From Lama guanicoe (lineage: Eukaryota): 64,000 nt of DNA. Each line of letters starts with the position of its first letter. Positions within the stretch are counted from its first letter, which is position 1. Location of the stretch: contig MU053873.1 of NCBI GenBank assembly GCA_013239625.1, forward strand, positions 3,424,524 through 3,488,523. The letters are read 5' to 3'. The position numbers and the translations under genes are program-made. The notes under the pieces were generated by a model. That model made no database searches. It was not told the origin of the DNA and worked only from the letters and a program-made list of their open reading frames with translations. Shown piece after piece: positions 39,506-52,357 of this stretch.

Positions 39506-41160
39506 GCCCTTCATTCACTTTTTTTCCCTCTCTTCAAAAACCAGAATTTTATAACTGGCATAAACATTTCCACTGCATCAAAAACAGCAAATTACCTAGA
39601 AATAAACTTAACCAAGGTTACCAATACTCTGAAAACTGTAAAACATTGACGAAGGAAAAACTGAAGATGATAGATACAAATGGAAAGATCTCTTGTGCTC
39701 ATGTATTGGAAGAATCCATTTACCTTTTTCTCAAAATACTTTTGAATCAGCAGCGATACATAAGCAACTTCATTCGAGGGCTTAGGGTGGTGTCTCTGTC
39801 TGTGCAGAATAAGCATTAGAGGACAGAAGGCTGGAGACAATGAGAGGCCATGGTGGGGCCGGGAGCATCTTCCTTATTTCCAAGAGTGATTTTTCATGGA
39901 ATTATCTCATTTACAAGATCCCCAGGGCCTCGTATTTTGCCCAACACCCAAACTCCTTAGCACGTTACAGGGAGCATTCGCAAAGAGGCCCCGCCCTACC
40001 ATCAACCACGTCTTCCCTCTGTCCTCGCACGGCAGCCACGCAGGGCTTCTCCACTGCTCTCGGTATTTCTGTAAGTGCCATTCCCACTAACACCTCTCCT
40101 CTCCTCCTCATCATCCAGGATCCAGGGCAGGGTCGCTGTCACTAGGACACCATCCCCAAGCCCTCCTACTTTAGTTTCCACTGCGTGTCATATGACACTG
40201 TCGTACCATTTCCTGCCAAGTGTTATGAATACTGCCACAGCCATCCTCTTTGGGAGGAAAAGGCAATTCATTCATCTGCTCATTGTGTCATTCATTCATT
40301 CATTCATTCAAACTAGGTAGCACATCCTTTCCGGACACTGCCCATGACACTACGGATACACGGTGAGTCCCACCTGGTCTCTGCCCTGAAGGGGGCCATG
40401 TCTAGAGGGGTGACAGTGGAATGAACTGGAAGTCCCAATGCAGTGTGACAAATATGCATCCACAGGGGCAATCGTGGGGTGGGGGTTGCAGTGTCTAGTA
40501 TAACAGGGCTGAACTGCAGACCCTGAGGGGCCACTGGCAAAGATGAAGTGAGAGAGAAAGCAAGGGGACCACTCGGGCAGCATCCGATAACTCACATCAG
40601 CCTAAGCCAAATAACTGAAGGAAACAGACAAAGGATGGCAGCGATTAAACACACACACAGAGGAAAAACTGCCAGCCAGCATACAGCCTCCACTTTTGGA
40701 CTCACTTATTCTCCTAAGGATGTGTGAAGAATACCTAAATTACCACCCTTGAGATGGATGTCCAGCTATTCTCAGCTTTTTTACAGCAAACACTTCCTTT
40801 GCCAGGACTGACAGATGACGTTTTGTTTCTACAACTGGGAAAAATGCTGACTTGCTGGACACAGACGGCCAGGCTTCCGTGCCCCTCAGTCTTCCTTAAG
40901 ACCATGCGAACCAGTCTAGAACCTCAGTGAACAAGCACTCTCTGGGCAGACAGACTTACAAACTAGAATATGCTCTGCGCAAGATCACCCAATGTGACTT
41001 TTTCAACTGCTTGCCTGTTGATCTGTACACGATACCGTTCGTCACATGGGAACTCTTCATTTGTGTCATGTATTAATTAATTTTCTCCTTTATGGTTTCC
41101 AGGTTTGGGGTTTCCCAGGGACAGCCTTATATACTCCAGAGTAACAAAAATATATTCGCT

Positions 41161-41620
41161 ACTCAGCCATAAAAAATAATAAAATGATGCCATTTGCAGC
41201 AACATGGATGGACCTGGACCATGTCATTCTAAGTGAAATAAGCCAGAAAGAGAAAGAAAAATACCATATGATATCACTTATATGTAGAATCTAAAAAAAA
41301 AAAAAGACAAACTTATTTACAAAACAGAAACAGACTCATAAGACATAGAAAACAAACTTAACGGTTACCAGGGTGGGGAAGGGGGTAAGAAGGGATAAAT
41401 TGGGAGTTCAAGATTTGCAGATACTAACTACTATATATAAAATAGATAAACAAGTTTCTACTGTATAGCACAGGGAACTATATTCAATATCTTATAGTAA
41501 CTTATGGTTAAAAAGAATATGAAAACGAATATATGTATGTTCCTATATGACTGAAGCATTGTGCTGTACACTAGAAATTGACACAACATTTAAACTGACT
41601 ATACTTCAATTAAAAAATTT
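41161..41620 (+). mobile_element. Young (cetartiodactyl/camelid) L1 3' end with TSD
   Basis: ctcagccataaaa...gcaacatggatggacctgg...ctgactatacttcaattaaaaaa. TSD aaatatatt(c/t)gct at ~41148-41160 and ~41625-41637. Confidence 0.9.
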
Positions 41621-42119
41621 TTTAAATATATTTGCTTATATTTTTCTATTGAGAATTTATTTTTTGGTACAATGTGGAGGAATTACGACTTCACCTGATG
41701 GCCAATTATCACGTGCAATCCTAAGTGCAGACTTAAAATGCCACTGGTATTCATAAGCTAAAATCAAATTACACTACATAGACAAATATAAATATGCAAA
41801 CACATGTGATTTTGCAGCCCGCGCCACTTAAGTGTCTGTGCCTCTACCAAGCACACACTGTTTGAATTCCCATAGCAATGTTTTCCATTGGGTAGAGCAG
41901 ATCCCCACTGTTTCACTTTTTCAAAATGTTATTGGCTGTTTGTGCCCATTTTTCTCTTCTAGACGAATGAGGATTGGCTCATCACATTCTTTAAAATTCC
42001 TGTGTGGATGTTCACTGGGACAGATTAATTTGAGAGAACTGACACTTTTCCAATACAGAGTCTCCCTATCTAGAAATATCTTGTAACCCTCCCATTTATC
42101 CAAATTTGCTTTGACTTCT

Positions 42120-42215
42120 CTTTTGTCTTTTTTTTTTTTTAATTGAAGTATAGTCAGCTTACAATGTTGTGCCCATTTCTGGTATAGAGCATAATGTTTC
42201 AGTTGTATACATACA
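42120..42215 (-). mobile_element. Very short young L1 3' end
   Basis: Poly-T followed by aattgaagtatagtcagcttacaatgttgtg. Confidence 0.75.
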
Positions 42216-42671
42216 ATCCAACCCTGGAAGTAATAATTCCTGAAGACCTAATACTCATTTCCTAGATCAAATGTCCATGATTCTCTCAGAGGTGTCTTTT
42301 GTAGAGTTGGGTGGGAATCAAAACGTAATCAAGACCCACGCCTTCATTTGGTTATTCTCTCTCTTAAGTCCGTTTGACTGTAGTGCGCCCCCTCTAGCCC
42401 CACCACCCACTTTTCATCTTCACGCCAGTAACTGAGGGAGGAAACCAAGATGGCAGTCCTGGAGGATGTCCCCCATTTGAGATTTGTCTATTTGCTTCCT
42501 CATAAGATCATTCAGCTTGTTCCTCTCTCTCCATATTTCCTGTAAGCTGGAAGTCAGCTTTGAAGACTTGATTACATTCAAGTCCATCTTTAGGGGCAGG
42601 AACACTCACTGGATGGTCTTGGTACTTCGTACTGACTCATATAAGGAGACACATAGTTACTTCCTCTTAGT

Positions 42672-43156
42672 GTGGGAGGGGAAAATTTCCTCCCCTACCC
42701 TTCTGGGGTTCTTTTGGCCCATTTAATACTTAAACTGATACAAGACAGAGTAAAGGGGCAGGGTAGGGGGAGAAACAAGTTTAATTCATACATACAGAGG
42801 TCTCATAGAAATAGGATCTAAAGAAATGACCACAGCAGGCAGCTTTTATACTTTTTAGACAAACAATACATTAGTGAAGAACTGACAAGACAGACACATG
42901 TGGGCTTGGGGTAGTAAATTAGCGAAGAAGTCACAAGGTTTTGTTTACACAGCCTTCTCGGCCCGGAATTCTCCATCTCTGGTGATAAGGATGTCTCTCG
43001 GTCTCCTGTGCACATGGGAGATTTATTTCCTGCTTTCTGGAGACAAAGGAGAATCACAGTGTTCTTCCTGCATTGGTTGTTTCTCCAGTAACTTTAATTC
43101 AAAATCATCAGTATGCCACTTAGGCAGATCTTGGGGTCGGCCTGTCCTGAGCCCCA
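42672..43156 (-). mobile_element. Probable ERV1-class solo LTR nested in L1MC-type sequence (~42215-44990)
   Basis: About 480 bp bounded by TG...CA, with an antisense TATA-like motif (cttttatac). Interrupts L1MC-like 3' sequence. Family not identified. Confidence 0.55.
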
Positions 43157-43542
43157 GTATTAAGCGATGTGAAAATGCAGTTGGAAAAGTCTGCCCTCTC
43201 CATTTAAAATTCCCCCATCAGCCTTCCATTTAGTGGTTTCATACACTGATGATCTTTGCCTCAATCAATAGTTTCAGTAAAAGTTGCAAAATGATGACTT
43301 TTTTCCTAATTCCATCATCTCTTACACACTCATCTGCTGCAACTCCCTGATCAACCAGGGGGTTTTGGTTACCCTAAAATGAAGTTCTTACAGGAAACGT
43401 AACCCAGTGCTTAATCCTTAACCTTTTTCATTGCCACGTTTCAGAAACAGAGTTGGTGCCCTATTTTCATTGCCACTGGTGATCAATACAGTGTTTTGTT
43501 TGGGAGAATCTCTCTCTCTTTTTTTTTTTTTTTTTTTTTTTT

Positions 43543-43819
43543 NNNNNNNNNNNNNNNNNNNNNNNNNNNNNNNNNNNNNNNNNNNNNNNNNNNNNNNNNN
43601 NNNNNNNNNNNNNNNNNNNNNNNNNNNNNNNNNNNNNNNNNNNNNNNNNNNNNNNNNNNNNNNNNNNNNNNNNNNNNNNNNNNNNNNNNNNNNNNNNNNN
43701 NNNNNNNNNNNNNNNNNNNNNNNNNNNNNNNNNNNNNNNNNNNNNNNNNNNNNNNNNNNNNNNNNNNNNNNNNNNNNNNNNNNNNNNNNNNNNNNNNNNN
43801 NNNNNNNNNNNNNNNNNNN
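43543..43819. other. Assembly gap (N run) flanked by poly-T on both sides
   Basis: Run of n characters. Confidence 1.
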
Positions 43820-43844
43820 TTTTTTTTTTTTTTTGGATAGCATG

Positions 43845-44338
43845 GGATATCAGTTCCCTACTACTGCTGTAACAAATTACTGCAAACCTAATGTCTTAAA
43901 ACAACAGAAATCCATTATCTTCCAGATACATAAAGATCTAGGAAGTCTGAAATGGGTCTCACTGGGCTAAAATCAAAGTACAGGCAGGGCTGTTCCTGGT
44001 GGAGGCTCTAGGGGGGAACCCATCTCCTTACCTTCACTAACTTCTACAAGCCTCTTGCCCGCGCTCCTTGGCCCATGGCCCCATCCATCAGTCCAAGCCG
44101 GGAAGGGTGGTCCGTTCCTTCTAGTGAATGCTGTACCCCTCTGACACTGACCCTCTGGCCTCAATGACACGGGGCCCACAGAGTCACCCAGGATAATCTC
44201 TTTATCTTAAAGTCAGCACTTCAGCTGCCTTAATTCTATCTGTAGCCATAATACCCTCTTGCCGTGAGACCCGACACATTCACAGGTTCTGGGGATCAGG
44301 ATGCAGACATCTTAGGGGCTGTTATTTTGTCTATCACA
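43845..44338 (-). mobile_element. MLT1 solo LTR
   Basis: ctgctgtaacaaattac...cttaaaacaacagaaa...ctgggctaaaatcaa...tcacaggttctggggatcagga...tctatcaca. Confidence 0.85.
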
Positions 44339-47300
44339 AGGGTTTGAATGCATAGCATATTCAGAGTATTTCAGTCAATTACAGTCACATTCTTTTGCTG
44401 TTCAAATTGCCCTACCTTTGGCCAGAGGGAACTCCTCCTGCTGGGCTCTGCATCTGTTAGACGTGATGCCCTCCCCAACCCTTGGACAGTGCCCTTGTGT
44501 TCTGATAAGACAGGTAACAGAGGTTCTAAGCTCGGCTCGCCCAGCCCCTACCCACACCCAGGGTGGTTGTGCAGGGGCCGCAGCTGTTTCTCGGGCTTTT
44601 CAGCCGAAGCTGACAAATACATACACTTGGAAAGAAAAAATAATCATGAATTTAAAATCTTTTCAGTTCAAATTGAACCTTCTGGGGTTTTTACTTAGTT
44701 TCTGTCCTCATATATCCCTTCATTTAAAGTCTTAGTCCTTATTACCCAGCTTTATCTGTACGGTCTGCAAGAAATAACTGCCCACATGAGATGATCTCAA
44801 ATAAACAATAACATTAAGACTTCGGAATGAAGTTTGAAATTTCTTTGCAGCTCCATCTGTCCTGAAAATATAGAGGACAATGTGGCATCACCTAGGAAAA
44901 CTGAAAATGTCCATATCTTATTTATCTCTAGGTAAATATCCTCTCTGCCTACAGAAAGACTCACACGTAGGCCCAAAGATACACGGGTAAGCATCTTCAC
45001 TCCAACAGCACCTGTGATTATGGGCACAGGGTTAGTAGGTAAGGGTTTCATGACATATCACACAGCAATTCAAAAGACTGAGACTCAACTGTATGTTACT
45101 GACAAGGAAAAGCTGAATACGGATTAGCAGGTGAAAAAGGCAAGTCACAGATGGACTCACTACTGTGTCTCCAACAAACAAAACTCCATCCCACTACGAT
45201 ATCTGTGAACTTTCTGTGTGAAGGTTACACATGCAACCTGTCATTAATTTTCTACTGCAATTTAGAATGTGCCACTAACAAGATTAGTAACGTAAAAAAA
45301 TCCTTAATGCATCGTGAGTACCCGACAAGTATGTTCAAGCTGAGGGATCCCCATTTACCTCCCGACAGGGAGAGATGTGAATGTTCCTTTTGCTTTTTAA
45401 AATAAGGGTGCAACCAGAAGTACAAAAATGTGTTAAGGGTGAGAAAACAGTATGAACCCCTGCTATGTAGCTGGCCTCAATTTATAACACTGCCATCACT
45501 ATTAATAAGTATCCTATTATTTAACAAGAAATTTATGGCATCTTATCTTTTAAGGAATTATTGACATATTTATGATTAAATCAACACCTCCGGTAAGAGT
45601 GTACGAAAGTCACAGGGCTATCTCATCAGATCCCTGAGGTCGATCACCCACTGAATGAAGACACTGCATTTTCAAACTGTGTTACTAACATCTGAAATGG
45701 ACAACTTTCCTCCACCCAAATCTGAGAACTTGCTTCTCTCAGAAGATTCAGGTGGCAAAAGATAGTCTCTGAGGGGGTCTGTTAAAACGCACAGAATTGG
45801 GACGGAGGCTCCACTGTGCCGATTGCTATCAAGGTGATCTCGATCAATTAGCTTTCTCTCTGAACTTGAACTTCCTCCTGTAATGGGGATAACGAGTATC
45901 GTGGAGCCATTTCCAAGAATCTGCAAATAGGGAAAAAAGCTTGCCCTCTGAGAATGAAAATTCTAAATCAACATGTAACACAAAGAGCAGAGAAATGCCG
46001 AAGGCTGTTCGGCCGGCCGGCCTTGGCTGGGGCTTGGTGCTTTCGAATCCAGTGGGGGCCTGCCCACCATCTGGAGCAGGACACACGGAAATGTGGACAG
46101 AGGCCACACGCTATATAGGGGAATTCAAGGATTCCATGCCCAGCGTGAAGCCACCCCGTGGACAAATGACCCTGTCCCAGCTACTGCAGCTGACGAGCCA
46201 GAGGCTGGACCTCCCGACCCTCCGGCCACAGGCCTGTGCCGCCCGAGTCACCTTCACTTCCACAAGGGCCGCTCACAGGAGAGGATGCTCGGGACACGCG
46301 GACTCCAGCGTTGAGGCACTTGTGTGAGTGAGCGTCAAGTGCCGACTGGGAGAGATCGTGCGATCTGGGGAGCGGGAATCTCTAGGGCTTCCTCGGATCC
46401 TCTAAGGGGTCGTTCACTTTAACATAAGAACCACCAGCCTCGAAGAGAAGGTGTTCATCGGGCATGCCTGGCTGATTGATGCGAACTTCACAGTAAGAGG
46501 CAGAGGGACAGTCAGTGCAGTGACAGAATCCTGTTTCCCAGTCTGAAAGGCGGAGGGCCGCCCCCAGGACCACAGGAGAGACACGGGTCCAAGGCGGAGC
46601 CTGCTATCCCCCCAGACAGACAAAATACCCCTCTCAACATCTCCACATGGGCATGTCTGGAGAAATTTTCTTCCCCTTTTTCAAGTTTCTCCCTACTACA
46701 GAGGATAACTGTAAAAACAAAAGAGCTGATACACATAAAACTACAAGGCACTATATATCAGTACTTACGGGGACTCCAAATTCCATATGTCACATAAGCA
46801 TGAAACACGTGTTCGTCAGATGTCCCTGGGTTTAATAAGTTCACACATTCACCTACAGACCTAACTGTTAAGTCCAGCAAGCTGATCTCGCATCACATCG
46901 TTTCCATACTGACCCAAGTCACATCCCAGTTCTGGAGAATGCTTCTTAAGAACAAGGAATGAGAGTTTTACCAGGTTAGGACCCCTGAGGTCCTTCAAAA
47001 TCAGAGTCTCGCTTTTTCTACCGCTCGGTCACCATATATGCTATCCCAGAGAGCCCTGAGATAATCCTGGGGCCGTAATGTTTAACTTAAAACTCTGATC
47101 TTACAGGAAGGAGCTTCCAGCCTCTACCTCGTGAAACTCTTCCAGTATGAAATGGCCAGAGAAAAACAAGCTTCTCTCACAAAATAACCTGAATTTTTTA
47201 AAAATTATAATAATTCGAAACACCAATCTCTTATCAAACAGGGCACTTTATTTAAAGGACAGAAACATACAGGTGCTAGCTGGTATTCCACATGGAATTT

Positions 47301-48629
47301 AAAAAAAAAATCAATCAAATGATTAAACTCTGAGAAATCCCCAAACACAAAAACTCTCACTTTTGGGGAGAGGGGGTCATTAACGTAAGTATCCCCTCGG
47401 CCTTTGCTTAGAAATCACCACTGTGCAGAGAACATTTCCCTTGCAGCCCAATTCTAGCTGGGATGTTGTGCATAAAATAGTAAGTTTTCCTCCACGGTCA
47501 CTGGAAATGAAACAAGGGACCAGGTCCAAAATGGGACACAGAAAGAGAACACCAAACTTGACACTCTATTCTATACTTAATGTGGTGATGACAAGGTTCA
47601 CTGCGTCATCCTCTTCCCAGTTAGGGCGTTGTTAAGAGAAAAATATTACAATAGTTGAAAAAAACAAGACGGATTAAAGATGACTATGAAGGTCCCTTGA
47701 CCTTTCCATTAGGATTAGTTCCATTTCTAAACGGAGTACAGACCTCCCCACCCCCCCAACAAACAGCAAAAGTCTCATATTTTTCAAAGAAGATATATCG
47801 AAAATGTCATCATAGCCTTAGACATTTTCACGATGCAAAATGAAAGGCTGCAGTATTTAGCAGCTGCGGCAAAGCCTTCCCGCGGAACCTCTCGTTCCTT
47901 TAACGTGAATCCTTCTCAAAAGCCATACAGATACAGAAAATTTAGAAGTGGTAACCTGAAAATATACCCAGTTAGCTTTCTAGGGAAGACAATAAAGAGC
48001 GACGGACTAACTTAATGACACAAAATACAAATACCAAGAATGGGTTATTCAAGAAAGTTTTCCTGCTGAAAATGAAGAAACTTGCTGCCTTCCCCAGCTA
48101 ACAGAGTTGGAAGGTTTTGTTTTTCTTTCCTTTTCTTTCATTTTATTTCTTTGGAGTCATAAGTCTTTGAATGTACGAAACATAACCTCTAAAATCTGCA
48201 GAGATGATCTTTTCAGCATAATTTAAGCTCGCTTTCTTCCTAAAATTGTGTAGCTCGTAATTACCTAAGAATTATCCAGCGCCTATCACTTACTTAGCGC
48301 TCAGCAAAGGGCAGTCACTGTCACAGTATGTGTATAACCTGTGCCTCGCTTCCAGATTCTAATGGAAACACGAATCCCCTAATCAAACTGGTATAATGAA
48401 TTTTAAATCATCCCAGGAACCAAAAATGTTCTCCCTATAATGGAACTTTTAGAGGGACTCAACCAGACACCTGAAATAGGATTTATGACTAGTTTTGCCA
48501 TCACCAAATTCATTATAGTAATTTTACAGTTACCTTTTTAGTCTTCATAAATTTTAATATTCTTACTCAGTGAGGTAAATTTCAGACTGATGAAAGTAGA
48601 TTACAGAGCAGTGTGCAGATTTCAGTGCC

Positions 48630-48935
48630 GGGATATGAGGAATGACTACAGGAACGGGGGACAGCTTCCCAGAGAAACACTCTGGGCTGGGGTAGCTGCC
48701 ATCAAACGTCTGAAGGCCTGTTACTTTGGAGAGGGATTAAACTTGTTTTGCAGGACCGCCAAAGGGAAGCAAGAGATCTGCGTGCAGACTGAATTACAAG
48801 ACAGCTTTCTTTCAGCACAGAGCTTCCAGAGATGCTCCTCAAAGACGCCCCTGGCTGGATGTTGGAGAAGGAAGTCACCTAATGCAAGACTAGACCGGAT
48901 GCCCTCCAAGATCTTCTGAAACACGAACTATGACA
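48630..48935 (+). mobile_element. CR1/L3 LINE 3' fragment
   Basis: tagctgccatcaaacgtctgaaggcctgt...gagagggattaaacttgttt...gactagaccggatgccctccaagatcttc resembles the CR1 RT end and 3' terminus. Confidence 0.6.
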
Positions 48936-49170
48936 ATGCTATGTTATTAAGATGCGACCTGTGAATGTCTAATAAAGATCAAAATGAATCACCGTATGCT
49001 CAATACATTGAAGCCAGCTGCTTTTAGATTATGATTTTTGGTTCATTTTACCAAATCAAAGACCTCTAAAGGATGAGTTAGTTCTCCTAATTGCTTAGTT
49101 GTCTATATTTAAGAAGAATAGCACACTTATGAGCACTTACATACTGAAGCCAACATAGCCCAAAGCCTAC

Positions 49171-49350
49171 TGGATGGAATGATGGATGGATGGGTGGATG
49201 GGTGGATGTGTGAATGGGTGGATGGATGAGTGGGTGCGTGGATGGATGGATGGAAGAAAGAAAAGGGAAGAATGGGAGGGAGAGAATAAAGGAGGGAGAG
49301 AAAGAAGGAAAGAGGGAAGAAAAAAGAGGGGAGGGAGGAAAGAAAGGAAA
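49171..49350 (+). repeat. Imperfect (GGAT)n followed by a GA-rich low-complexity tract
   Basis: tggatggaatgatggatggatgggtggatgg... then purine-rich sequence. Confidence 0.9.
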
Positions 49351-52221
49351 ACAATCAAGTGAGGCACCGTATGCAAAAGGTTCTAGACAAACTGTGCCAC
49401 AACAAACAGCTGGAGGAAGAACACTGAGGAGAAACCTGGGGAATTCACCTACTTTCGGGGCTAATGTCAACATGTGCTCCTCGCTGCCCCGGTCAGCAAT
49501 CCGGATTTTCTGAAGTCCTGCCTCCCGAGCCCACCCCCTCAGAGCACTCGCCACAAGGGTCTCCGTGCAATACCACCTTTCTCTGCTACTGCTTTGTACT
49601 TTTTAAAATATCTTTTCAAATTTCTTTCAATCTTTTTCTCTCGAGTTTTCTGTGTATGAAATGAATGTTCTCGCCTGCTCTCAAATGTAGTGTATGGATA
49701 CAAAATGCTCACAAGGGGCAGAGATTTCTACTGCAACATTTCGTGATCAGAAAGGAACAGGAATCAAACTGTACAGATGGGGAAACTGAACACAGTGAAT
49801 GTGAGTGACTTGCCGACGGCCTGTGGCAAGTTGCCAGTGGAATCGGGGCTCTATTTCCTAATCTAGAACTTTCTCTTTAAGTCTACTACGGCAGGTAGGA
49901 GGGAGGGCATGGGAAGATGCGGGGCCAGCGATGACAGCTGGGCTTCAAGTTCACTGAGGAGGAAGGTCTGCCCGGGCTCCTTCGAGATAATCACTTTCTC
50001 CTGCTCCTGACACCCTGGAAGGAGAAAATGGCGGCAAACACGAGTACAGGTCCGAGGCTGGGTCAAGGCTGACTCTCACGAGCCACCAGCCCCAGAATAC
50101 GTGACCTGCAAAAACATCTTCACTGCCTTCTCTAACAGGCTTGCTCAACTCTGTCCTATGTAGAAAGTGTTCCAAGATGCTTACACGTCTCACGGAACCC
50201 AAAGCACGGGGACCCTTAAGAAGTCTTCCAAAATTAGAAGAAACATTTACAGGACACGGAGACCCTGCTGCATATCAGACCCATCCAGCAATCCAAAAAA
50301 AGGCTCCGAGATCCTAACTTCTCATTACTGATGAAAATAGAGAAGAAGAAATAAGTGAGAAAGACGAGAGGCAGCGGCAGGTCCAGGGCACCCAGCCTCG
50401 TTAGCATGCAAATGACTTACCATACAAGTGATTTCTCAATAATAAAGTAGAAGTTGCCAAGTTAATCATTTCCATTTCCCCATGGCCAGTGTCCAGAGAA
50501 GGACAGACCATCCCACACGCAGAATGCATTTTCACCTACAGCAGTCTTCGAATACGCCATCTTATTAACAAAGGAAGATCATTTGAATGAGAACGTGATT
50601 TTTATTGCAAATAAAGCCAAAAATGTTGTTTTGTCCCTTGACTCTTTTCCCAAAAATGGATTTTTTTTCTTTTTTTGGAGCGGGGTGGGCAGCCTGAGCT
50701 GCCCTTATTTCTAAATAATCACAGAGGTAGAAATTCTGTTTGAAGGCCAGGGGGCAAGGCAGTCTATTATTATACAATTTCTCATTAACAGCAGTGAGAT
50801 CGCGCTTCTTGTGTTAAACAGAACAGGCGTTTAACCCTCGAGCTACTCCTGGGAAATAAGGAAGAAACTGCTTATTCACTTAGTCATAATTACCGTTTTC
50901 GCAGGTCCCAGAGGAATAGCTGTTCTCTATCAGTCTCTGAGGACCGTCCTGACCTTCCAAACACCACGCTGGCAGCTGACTGAGACAGCACGCAAAATGA
51001 TTTTTTCCCCAACCAAAAAGAAAAAAAAAAGCAACGCTATGTCCCTCCCTTGCAAAATGAGAAGTAACGCTGTTTGCTCTTCCTTTTGGTGCGACGGCTG
51101 CGGATCCAGGTGGAGAGAACGGGATGCAGGGACATCTGGGTGCCGATCCTGCACCTGCCTCGGCTGCTTTCAGCTGTCACTGGGGCTGAGTTCCTCAACC
51201 TCCCTGAGCACCTGCTCCTCAGGTAAAAACGGGACTGATGCTACTCACCTGACAGGACTGTTGTGGGGAACAAATACACTACAGAGGCAAACTGCCTGGT
51301 GGGGTGAGCTCTCAGGAAATGGGCATTACTGCATCACTTCCTCGTGGCATCTCAACTTCTGCCTGTCACGGCTGCGAGGACCCCGGGCGTCCTCTCTCCT
51401 ACAGAGCATCTCCTACTTTTCTTGCCACCTACTGACTGATAAAGACCTAAATGTCCCTTCTTCAAGCCTTGACACCTGGTCCAACAGTGTCCATCCCCGT
51501 CCAAACAGATGTTTGGCAAAGCCCAATTCAGTATACTGAGGACGTGTTTTAAGAGGCTGTGTTTGAGAACACATCGCTTCTAAAAGCTGGGACTGCCTGT
51601 TCCTCAAAGACATCGACTGGGCTCTTGATTCAAAGCATTTCACAATGCTCGACTTGGGCAGATTCTGGGTCCAAAACTGATTGCACTGGAACATCTATTT
51701 CTAAGAACTGCCAACTGCACGCAGCACTTTTATCTTCAAGTTACTAACGCGAATTAACTTTGACCGAGAATGAAATAATAACTGAAAGGTCAGAACAAAT
51801 TACATATTAAATGTGTACCTTAGGGAAAAAAAAAAAAAGAAGCAGGAACACACCATAGACATACTCCCATCAGCAATAGGGTGCTTTCTTCCTGAAGGTG
51901 ATTCGTTCTCTCAACCTTGACTTTTCGGTTCAAAGTTAGGCTAGGGTCCAGAAACGCGCGGGCAGAGAAGATCCTACAACCTCAACAGAGAGGAATCTTT
52001 CAAATCGCCCACCGCTCGCTCCCAACTGGAGGTGGGGAAATTACAGAATAAATTCCATTTCCAAAACGGAAGAGTAATGAGCTATTTTTCAAGATCAGTT
52101 ATGTTACATAGGATAGTTTTTATCATCGGAAGATGCAAAGTACCAAATTACTATCTATATTTTGCTTAGATAGCTCTTCAAAGAGAATAATTAACAACTT
52201 ACTGTAAAACATTTAGCAGGT

Positions 52222-52357
52222 AGGGGAGGATATAGCTCAAGTAGTAGAGCACATGCTTAGCATGCATGAGGTCCTGGGTTCAATCCCCAGTATCTCCTCT
52301 ACAAAACAAATAAATAAATAAACCTAATTACCTCCCCTCCACCAAAAAAAAAAAAAA
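52222..52357 (+). mobile_element. tRNA-derived SINE (Vic-1-like)
   Basis: ggggaggatatagctcaagtagtagagc...ggttcaatccccag...aataaacctaattacctcccc followed by poly-A. Confidence 0.9.

Noticed and set aside
43418..43970. ORFs spanning N-gaps (also 58831-59461)
   Set aside because: They consist mostly of X residues and homopolymer or L1 translation.
45672..45926. 84-aa minus-strand ORF with protein-like composition
   Set aside because: No recognisable homology, a non-ATG start and no exon structure in that frame.
49087..49554. ORFs with HPSI/PF-rich repeats
   Set aside because: They are translations of the (GGAT)n and GA-rich simple repeats.
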